From positions 1,728,001 through 1,792,000 of the forward strand of contig CAWJGT010000003.1 of the NCBI GenBank assembly GCA_963842525.1: a DNA stretch of 64,000 nt. The letters run 5' to 3'. The notes under the pieces are model-generated. The model was not told where the DNA came from and ran no database searches. It saw only the letters and a program-made list of their open reading frames with translations. Origin of the DNA: an uncultured Holophagales bacterium. Lineage in GTDB: Bacteria; Acidobacteriota; Thermoanaerobaculia; Multivoradales; UBA5704. The translations under genes and the position numbers were made by a program. Positions 54,801 to 64,000 of the stretch are shown here, piece after piece. Position 1 is the first letter of the stretch. Each line of letters starts with the position of its first letter.

Positions 54801-57800
54801 GGCAGGAAGCGCTCGGCCGTGAGATCGGGACGCTCGACATAACCGCGCGCCAGGTTGACCCCGGCGATGAACAGCTCGCCCGGCACGCCCACCGGCACCG
54901 GCAGCAGGTTGCGGTCGAGCAGGTGGATGCGGGTGTTGGCGATCGGCCGCCCGATGGGGATGCCGCCGCGGTCGTTCCCCTCGCCGCAGACCCAGGAGGT
55001 GACGTCCACCGCAGCCTCGGTGGGGCCGTAGAGGTTGTGCAGTCGGGCGTGGCCGAGGCGGGCGGCGAACCGCCGGGCCAGCTCGGCGGGCAACGCCTCG
55101 CCGCTGCACACCACGTCGCGCAGGGTGCTGTGCTCCGCGGTCCCAGGCTCCTCCAGGAAGAGCTGCAGCATGGAGGGGACGAAGTGGAGGACCGTGATCC
55201 CCTGCCCGGCGATGAGGCGCGCCAGGTAGGCGTTGTCGCGGTGGCCGCCGGGCGTTGCCACAACCAGACGGGCGCCGGTCATCAGGGGCCAGAACAGCTC
55301 CCAGACCGAAACGTCGAAGCTGAACGGGGTCTTCTGGAGCACCCGGTCGGCTGCGGTAAGGTGCAATGCCTCCTGCATCCAGAGGAGACGGTTGGCGATG
55401 GCGCGGTGGGAGATCACCGCGCCCTTGGGCCGGCCGGTGGAGCCGGAGGTGTAGAGCACGTAGGCGGGGTGCTGGGGATCGACGGGCACCGGGAGCGGGC
55501 CTCCGCCGAGATCACCGAGATCTCCGGCCGCCGATTCGCCGTGCTCCAGGAACAGGAAGCGATCCTCTGCGTCCAGTAGGCGATCGGCCAGGCCGGCGCG
55601 GGTCAGGATCAGCCGCAGGCGGGCATCGCGATCCTGGAAGGCGAGGCGGTCGGCGGGGTGGTCGGGGTCGAGGGGAACATAGGCGGCGCCCGCCTTGAGG
55701 ATGCCGAGGAGGGCGACGAGCAGCTCGCAGGAGCGCTCCAGGAGCACGCCGACGCGGCACTCCGGGCCACAGCCGAGGCCCTGGAGCCGGCGCGCCAGGC
55801 GATGAGCCTGCCGGTCGAGCTCGCCGTAGGTCAGCTCCTCCGTCTCGAAGGTAATGGCCACGGCATCGGGCCAGCGGCCGGCCTGGTCTTCGATCCAGGC
55901 ATGGAGCGGGCGGTCGAGAGAGTAGGCGTTGGCGGTCTCGTTCCAGGCGCGGAGCTGAAGAGCCTCCGCCGCGGTGAGCAGGCTCACCTCGCCGATGCGG
56001 CGCTCCGGCTCTTCCGCCATGACGGCGAGAAACAGCTCGAAGCAGGCGATCAGGCGGTCGACGGTCGCGGTATCGAACAGATCGGTGGCGTACTCGACCG
56101 TACCGAGGAGCCCGCCATCGTGGTCCGAGAGGCTGACCGTGAGATCGAATTTCGCCGTGGTTCCTTCCACGTTCACCGGCCGCAGGCGCAAATCCTCGAT
56201 CTCCAGGCTGGTGACGGGAGCGTTCTGCAGGACGAGCATCACCTGGAACAAGGGGGCATGGGCGAGGCTCCTTTGCGGGGCGAGCTCATCGACCAGCTTT
56301 TCGAAAGGAACGTCCTGGTGTGTGTGGGCAGCGAGAGCGGCCTCGCGGACCCGGCCGAGCAGCTCGCGGAACGTGGGAGTGCCCGCCAGGTCTCCACGCA
56401 GGATCAGGGTGTTGACGAAGAATCCGATCAATCCTTCGGTTTCCACCCGGTTGCGCCCGGCGACGGGTGAGCCCACGGCGAGATCGTCCTGACCGCTGTA
56501 GCGCGCGAGGAGCGCCTGGAAGCCGGCTAGGAGCACCATGAAGAGCGTCGCCCCCTCGCGCCGGCCCAGAGCCTCGGCCTGGCGGACCAGCTCGGCCGGC
56601 AGCCACACCGGCCGGGTGGCGCCCCGGAAGCTCTGCGCCGCGGGCCGCGGTCGGTCGGTGGGCAGCTCCAGGAGGGGCGGCAGGCCCGCGAGCTGGCGCC
56701 GCCACCAGGCGATCTCATTCTCCAGGACCTCGCCGTGCAGCCAGGAGCGCTGCCAGAGCGCGAAATCCGCATACTGCACCGGCAGCTCGGGCAAGGGCGA
56801 CGGCCGGCCGGCGGCGAGAGCCGCGTAGAGCGCGGCGACCTCGCGCACCAGGAGGCCCATGGACCAGCCGTCGCTGACGATGTGATGCAGGGTCAGCACG
56901 GCGACGTGGTCCCTCTCCGCCAGGCGGAGCAGCGAGCAGCGCATGAGTGGACCACGGCCGAGATCGAACGGGCGGCCCGCCTCTTCCCCGGCCAGGGCGA
57001 GAGCATCCGCCTCGCGCCGGCTCTCCGGCAGCCCCGACAGGTCCACCGCGCTCAGCGCGAAGGCTTGAGCCGGTTGGACCACCTGGACCGGGATGCCCTC
57101 TCTGCCCTCCACGGTGGCGAAGACCGTGCGCAGCGCTTCGTGCCGGCGCACGACCTCGCCGAGGCAGAGCGTGAGCACCGCGCCGTCCAACGGCCCTTCG
57201 ACACGCAGCGCCACCGGCATGTTGTAGAGCGGGCTTCCCGGTTCGAGCTGATCGATGAGCCAGAGCCGCTGCTGGGCGAACGACAGGGGCAGCGGACCCT
57301 CCCGCAGTGTTGGAGCCAGGGGGATCAGAGGCGGGATGATCTGTTTCGCACCGGCTCGCAGGGCCTCCTCGACCCGGGTGGCGAGGTCCGCCAGCCTGGG
57401 GGCCGCGAAGAGATCGCGCAGCGGCATCTCGACACCGAAGGCAGCGCGCAGGCGCGACATCACCCGGGTGGCGAGGAGCGAGTGGCCCCCCAGCTCGAAG
57501 AAGTGGTCGGTCGCCCCGGCCCGTTCGAGATCGAGCACTTCGGCCCAAATGCCGGAGAGGACCTCTTCGACCGGCGTGCGCGGCGGCAGGTAAGTCTCCA
57601 GAGCGCTCTCCCGCTCCGGCGCCGGCAGGGCTTTCCTGTCCACCTTGCCATTGGGAGTGAGGGGCAACGCGGAGAGCGCCACGAAGGCGGCAGGCACCAT
57701 GTAGTCCGGCAGCCGCTCGCACAGCGCCTGACGCAGTCCCTCGGTCGCGATGTCACCTACCACATAGGCGACCAGCCGCCGGTCTCCCGAAGCATCCTCC

Positions 57801-60800
57801 CGCGCCAGCACGACCGCCTCGCGGACTCCGGGCAGCCGGCGGAGCACCGCCTCGATCTCCCCGAGCTCGATGCGGAAGCCGCGGATCTTCACCTGGTGGT
57901 CCAGCCGGCCGAGGAATTCAAGCTCTCCCCCGGCGGTCCAGCGCACCCGGTCGCCCGTGCGGTACAGGCGCGCGCCGGGCTCCGGCGCGAACGGATCCGG
58001 GAGGAAGCGCTCGGCCGTGAGATCCGGCCGGTGGAGGTAACCGCGCGCCAGCCCCGCGCCGCCGAGGTACAGCTCTCCCGGTACCCCCACCGGCTGCACC
58101 TCCCCGCCTTGCGCCAGCACGTAGGTCCGGGTGGCCGTGAGGGGACGGCCGATGGCGGGTGCCGCGGAGCCAGCCCGGGGCACCCGGGCAAACGTCGAAT
58201 ACGTCGTGTCCTCGGAAGGGCCGTAGAGGTTCCATACACGCTCCACGGTCCCCGTCGCATAGAGCCGGTCGGCGAGCGCGCGCGGCAACGGCTCGCCGGC
58301 CAGGTTCACCGTGCGGACGCTCAGCTCGCTCAGCTCACTCAGCTCAGCCAGGACCGAGGGGACGGTGTTGATCAACGTCACCCGTCCGGCGGTCGGAAGG
58401 GCAGGCAGCTCGAGGGCGTTCTGCGCCAGGATCACCGTCCCCCCCAGAGAGAGCGGGACGAACAGCTCGAAGACCGAGAGGTCGAAGCTCAACGAGGTGG
58501 CGGCGAGCACGCCGGCCAGCTCTTCCGGGGCGTAGACGGCCGCCGCCCAGCGCACCAGCGCAACGGCGCTGCGGTGGGTGACGGCGACGCCCTTGGGCGT
58601 TCCCGTCGAGCCGGAGGTGTAGAGCACATACGCCAGGTTCTCGGGGTCGACCCTCGCCCGGCTCCCCCTCTCTTCTTCGCCCTCCCCGGCCTGATCCACC
58701 GCCACCACCGGTCCGCTCCAGGGTAACGCCGCCGCCAGCCTGGTATCGCTGATCACCGACGGAGGCCCGCGCGCCGGTGAGCAAGGCGGCACTCCGCAGG
58801 CGCGGCAGTCGCGGATCAACCGGCAGATAGGCGGCGCCGGTCTTGAGGACCGCGAGGAGGGCGGCGACCATCCCGGCCGAGCGCTCCAGGCAGACGCCGA
58901 CCACCACCTCCGGCCCGGCCCCACGACGGCGCAGAGCAGCCGCCAGCCGGCCGGCCGTCTCGTCGAGCTCCTGGTAGAGGATCTCCCGCGTCCCATCGAC
59001 GAGAGCCACGGCATGCGGCGTCCGCCGGACCTGCGCTTCGAACAGCTCGTGCAGGCAGGCCCGGGGCGCCGGCGCCGTCCCGGTGTCGTTCCATTCGACC
59101 AGGATCTGCGCGCGTTCCTCCGGGCTCGAGAGAGGCAGGGCCAGGGCCGCCTCATCGGGCCTGGACACCGCCGCCGCGAGCAGCCGCTCGAAGCCTGCCA
59201 TCAGCCGGTCCACGGTCGTGCCATCGAACAGATCGGTGGCGTGTTCGACCGTACCGCTGAGCCCGCCGTCATGCTGCTCGAGGGTGAGCGTGAGATCGAA
59301 CTTCGCCATCGTCCCCATATCGCCTGCTGGCCGCAAGCGCAGATTCTCGATCTCCAAGCTCTCGACGGGAGCGTTCTGCAGGACGAGCATCACCTGGAAC
59401 AAGGGGGCGTGGGCGAGGCTCCTCTCCGGGGCCAGCTCCTCGACCAGTTTTTCGAACGGCACATCCTGATGCAGATAGCCGGCCAATGCGGTCTCGCGCA
59501 CCCGGCCGAGCAGCTCGCCGAACGTGGGTGTGTCCGTCAGGTCGCCGCGCAGGACCAGGGTGTTGACGAAAAATCCGATCAGTCCTTCCGTCTCCACACG
59601 GTTGCGTCCGGCGGTGGGTGAGCCCACGGCGAGATCGTCCTGGCCGCTGTAGCGCGCGAGAAGGGCCTGGAAGGCGGCCAGGAGCACCATGAAGAGCGTC
59701 GCTCCCTCGCGCCGGCCCAAGGCCTCGGCCTGGCGGACCAGCTCGGCCGGCAGCCGCACCGGCCGGGTGGCGCCGCGGAAGCTCTGCACCGTGGGTCGCG
59801 GCCGGTCGGTGGGCAGCTCCAGGAGCGGCGGCAAGCCGGCAAGCTGGCGGCGCCACCAGTCGATCTCCTGCTCCAGGACCTCGCCATGCAGCCAGGAACG
59901 TTGCCAGACCGCGAAATCCGCGTACTGTACCGGCAGCTCCGGCAGAGGCGACGGCTCACCCTGGGCCAACGCGGCATAGAGCGCGGTCACCTCGTGCACC
60001 AGGATGCCCATGGACCAGCCGTCGCTCGCGACGTGGTGCATGGTGAGCGCGACGGTATGGTCCTTCGCCGCCAGACGCAACAACACGGCGTGCAGCTTGG
60101 GATCACGGGCGAGATCGAACGGCCGGCCGGCCTCTCCCGCGGCCAGGGTGCGAGCCGTCGCCTCACGCGCCGGCTCCGGCAGCCTCGACAGGTCCACCAG
60201 CGGCAGGATGAAGGGGGCCGGCGGCTGGATCACCTGCACCGGCGCGTCTCCTTGCAGGGCGAAGACGGTGCGCAAGGCCTCGTGGCGGCGCACGATCTCT
60301 CCCAGGCAGCGCTGCAGCACCGCGGGTTCGAGCGGCCCTTCGACGCGCAGCGCCAACGGCATGTTGTAGAGCGGGCTTCCCGGCTCGAGCTGGTCGATGA
60401 ACCAGAGCCGTTGCTGGGCGAACGACAGGGGCAGGGACTCCTCGCGCGGCACCGGCAGGAGCTCGGGAACCGTCAGCTCCGCGCCGGTCCGGCGGGCCGC
60501 TTCGACCCGGGCGGCGAGATCCTCCACCGTCGGGGCCTCGAAGAGATCGCGCACGGGCAGCTCGATGCCGAACGCGCTGCGCAGGCGCGAGATCACCTGC
60601 GCCGCCAGCAGCGAGTGCCCGCCGAGGACGAAGAAATGCCCGTCCAGCCCCACCCGCTCCAGGCCGAGGAGCTCGGCCCAGATGCCGGCCACCACCTCCT
60701 CGACCGGCGTGCGCGGCGCGAGGTACGTCTCCGCGGCGCTCCGCGGCTCCGGCGCCGGCAGGGCCTTCCTGTCCATCTTGCCGTTGGGGGTGAGAGGCAG

Positions 60801-63800
60801 GGTTTCGAGGGTCACGAACGCGGCCGGCACCATGTAATCCGGCAGCCGCTCGCGCAGCGCCGCGCGCAGGTCTTCGGCTGCGACCTCGCCGGCCACGTAG
60901 GCGACCAGGCGATCGTCGTGCTTCACCACCGCCGCCTCGCGCACCCCGGGCAGCGCCGCCAGCGCCGCCTCGATCTCGCCGAGCTCGATGCGCTGGCCGC
61001 GGATCTTGACCTGGTGGTCCACTCGGCCGAGGAACTCGATCTCGCCGTCGCGGCGCCAGCGGCAGAGGTCTCCCGTGCGGTAGAGCCGCTCACCCGATCC
61101 CCAGGGGTCGGGCAGGAACCGCTCCGCCGTGCGGCCCGGGTCGCCCAGGTACCCGCGGGCCAGGGCGGGCCCGCCCACGCACAGCTCGCCCGCCACCCCC
61201 GGCGGCATCGGTTGCAGAGACCGGTCCAGCAGATAGACCCGCAGGCCGTCGATGGGCCGGCCGATGGTGGAGGACGCCGCCTTCCCGCCCTCCCGGCACC
61301 GCCGCGGGGGCACCGTGCCGGCGCTGGTCACCACCGACGCCTCCGCCGGACCGTAGAGGTCGGTCAGGGTGAAGCCACACCCCGGCTCAGGTTGGCGGTG
61401 CAGGCGGTCGCCTCCCACCAGCAGCCGGCGCAGGCTGGGGATCTGTGGTCCCCCGGCGGCGAGGAGCGCCTCCGCAAGCGGGGTGGGCAAGAAGGAGACG
61501 GTGACCCCGCGCCCGGCCATCCAGGCGGCCAGCCGCGGCGGGTCCAGCCGCGCCTCCTCCGCAGGCAGATGGAGTGTCGCCCCGGAGGCCAGGCTGGACC
61601 AGATCTCCCAGACCGAAGCATCGAAACCGAGGCTCGCCACCTGGGTGCGGTGGTCTCCCGGACCCGTGCCGTGCGCGCGCAGGTCCCAGCGCACCAGGTT
61701 GAGCAATCCGCGGTGCGCGATCTGCACCCCCTTCGGACGCCCCGTCGAGCCGGAGGTGTAGAGCACGTAAGCGAGATGGTCGGGCTCCACCGCCAGGGCC
61801 GGCAGAGGCTCACAGCGCGCGATCTCCTCCCGGTCGCGATGCAGCGATTCCTGGGTCAGCACTACCTGGGCCGCCGTCTCTTCGAGCATAAAGGCGATGC
61901 GCTCGGCGGGATGGGCGGGATCGAGGGACAGGTAGGCCGCTCCGGCCTTGAGAACGCCCAACTGGCTCACCAGCAGGTCGGCCGAGCGATCCATCAGCAC
62001 GGCCACAATGGAGTCCGGTCCCACGCCCAGGCTTCGCAGGAAGCCGGCCAGCCGGCCGGAGCGCTCGCCGAGCTCGCCCCAGGTCAGCGTGCGGCCCGCC
62101 GCATCCACCACCGCCGGAGCGTCCGGCTGCTCGCGGCACCAGCGCTCGACCAGGAACGTCACGGGTCCCTCCCAGCCCTCCTCCCCTGTGTCGTTCCACT
62201 CCGTGAGCACCTGCTGGCGCTCGCCGGAGGAGAGAAGAGGCAGCTCCGCCACGCGCAGGTCCGGGTCGGCGGCAGTCGCCGCGAGCAGCCGCTCGAAGCC
62301 CGCGATCAGCCGGTCCACGGTCGTGGCATCGAAGAGATCGGTGGCGTGCTCGATCGTTCCGCTGAGCCCGCCGTCGTATTCCGAGAGGTTGAGGGTGAGA
62401 TCGAATTTCGCCGCCGTCGTCTCCGGGTTCACCGGCCGCAGCCGCAGATCCTGGACCTCCACGCTTCCGCCAGGGGTGTTCTGCAGGGCAAACATCACCT
62501 GGATCAGGGGGGCGTGGGCGAGGCTCCTTTCCGAGGCCAGCTCCTCGACCAGCTTTTCGAACGGCACGTCCTGGTGTGCCTGGGCGGCGAGCTCGGTTTC
62601 GCGCACTTGGCCGAGCAGCTCGCGGAAGGTGGGATCCCCCGCCAGGTTGCAGCGCAGTACCAGGGTGTTGACGAAGAACCCGATCAGCCCCTCGATCTCC
62701 ACCCGGTTGCGCCCGGCCACCGGGGTGCCCACCGCCAGATCGTCCTGGCCGCTCGCGCGCGCGAGAAGAGCCTGGAAGCCGGCCAGGAGCACCATGAAAA
62801 GCGTCGCTCCCTCGCGCCGGCCCAGGGCCTCCATCCGCCGGGTGAGCTCGGCCGGCAGCCGCACCGGCCGGGTGGCACCGCGGAAGCTCTGCACCGCGGG
62901 CCGCGGCCGGTCGGTGGGCAGCTCCAGGAGGGGCGGCAGGCCGGCAAGCTGGCGGCGCCACCAGTCGATCTCCTGCTCCAGAACCTCGCCGTGCAGCCAG
63001 GAACGCTGCCAGACCGCGAAATCCGCGTACTGGACCGGGAGCTCGGCCAGAGGCGAGGGCTCGCCCTGCGCGAACGCGGCATAGAGCGCGGCTACCTCGC
63101 GTATCAGGATGCCCATGGACCAGCCGTCGCTTGCGACGTGGTGCATGGTGAGGGCGACGACATGGTCCCCTGCCGCCAGGCGCAGCAGCACGCTGCGCAG
63201 CATCGGATCGCGGGCGAGATCGAACGGCCGGCCGGCCTCCTCCGCAGCCAGGGCGAGAGCCGCTGCTTCGCGCGCGGGCTCCGGCAGCCCCGACAGGTCC
63301 ATCCGCGGCAGGATGAAGGGCGCCGGCGGCTGGATCACCTGCACCGGTGCGTCTCCTTGCAGGGTGAAGACGGTGCGCACGGCTTCGTGGCGGCGCGCGA
63401 TTTCCTCCAGGCAGAGTTCCAGCACCGCGGGTTCGAGAGGCCCTTCGACGCGCAACACCACCGGCAGGTTGTAGAGCGGCGTGTCCGGCTGGAGCTGGTC
63501 GATGAACCAGAGCCGCTGCTGGGCGAACGACAGGGGCATGGCCCCCTCGCGCGGAACCGGAATGAGAGGCGGCACGCCCGCCGTCTCGCCCTGGCCCTGG
63601 AGCTGCTCCACCTCCACCGCCAGGGTGGCCACGGTGGGCGCCTCGAAGAGGGTGCGCAGGGGAAGCTCCACGCCGAGCCCGGCCTGAAGGCGCGAGACGA
63701 GCTGGAGGCCCAGCAGCGAATGGCCGCCCAGCGCGAAGAAGCTGTCGTGGGCCCCCACCCGGTCGATGCCAAGCAGGTCTTCCCAGATCGCGGCAAGCCG

Positions 63801-64000
63801 CCGCTCGAGGCCGGTGCGCGGCTCCTCGTAGGGCGTGTCGATCCCGGGCCGGACGTGGCTCGCGGCAGACGCGGTCTCCGCAGCCGGCCGTGGCTGGAGG
63901 CCGAGAAGCTGATCGAGGGCTTCGGGCGTGGGCGGACCTGGGGGGAGGGCCACCACCCGATAGCCGCGCGACTCCAGCGCGGCGGCCCAGGCCGGGTCCG
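51860..64000 (-). CDS. Non-ribosomal peptide synthetase, 5'-truncated: T-C-A-T-C-A-T-C-A-T-E-TE; +1 frameshift near 58757
   Basis: Three GGHSL T domains and one GGDSI; three HH.(A/V)SDGWS C domains; three YTSGSTG.PKG A domains; E domain [10 protein letters not shown] / EGHGRE / RTVGWFT; TE GYSFGG. Confidence 0.95.

Overview
High-GC bacterial window, probably from a Thermoanaerobaculia-like Acidobacteriota genome (inferred from lineage-typical secreted domains; not verified). At least seven otherwise intact genes carry single-base frameshifts, which suggests long-read assembly errors. Left to right: (1) a sigma-54 locus with two -24/-12 promoters, phased TGTC enhancer-like repeats, a large secreted protein with 8 DUF11/DUF7507-like repeats, a paralogue of its N-terminal domain and an AAA+ activator; (2) an S9 peptidase, a receiver protein, DinB and two 20/21-bp satellite arrays; (3) a complete type I-C CRISPR-Cas system (cas3-5-8c/11-7-4-1-2) with a 55-repeat array that has no leader; (4) upstream of cas3, an NYN RNase gene, a candidate antisense two-hairpin sRNA, and a divergent single degenerate CRISPR repeat whose spacer partially matches the predicted NYN/cas promoter next to a TTC PAM (candidate crRNA-like repressor, the top finding); (5) an XRE / secreted Cys-bracketed IDPxG repeat peptide / Zn-finger-TPR / XRE module; (6) an aminotransferase, a Phd-PIN TA pair, a carbamoyltransferase pair, a DUF3857-transglutaminase-TPR protein, an M10-like protease, RRM, THUMP methyltransferase, hydrolase and Uma2 genes; (7) cysA/cysW remnants around a BrnT TA pair, a 2xHTH-GIY-YIG gene and a third satellite; (8) the 3' part of an NRPS ending A-T-E-TE (predicted Leu-Ala-D-Ser). 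All family calls come from motif recognition by eye; no database searches were run.
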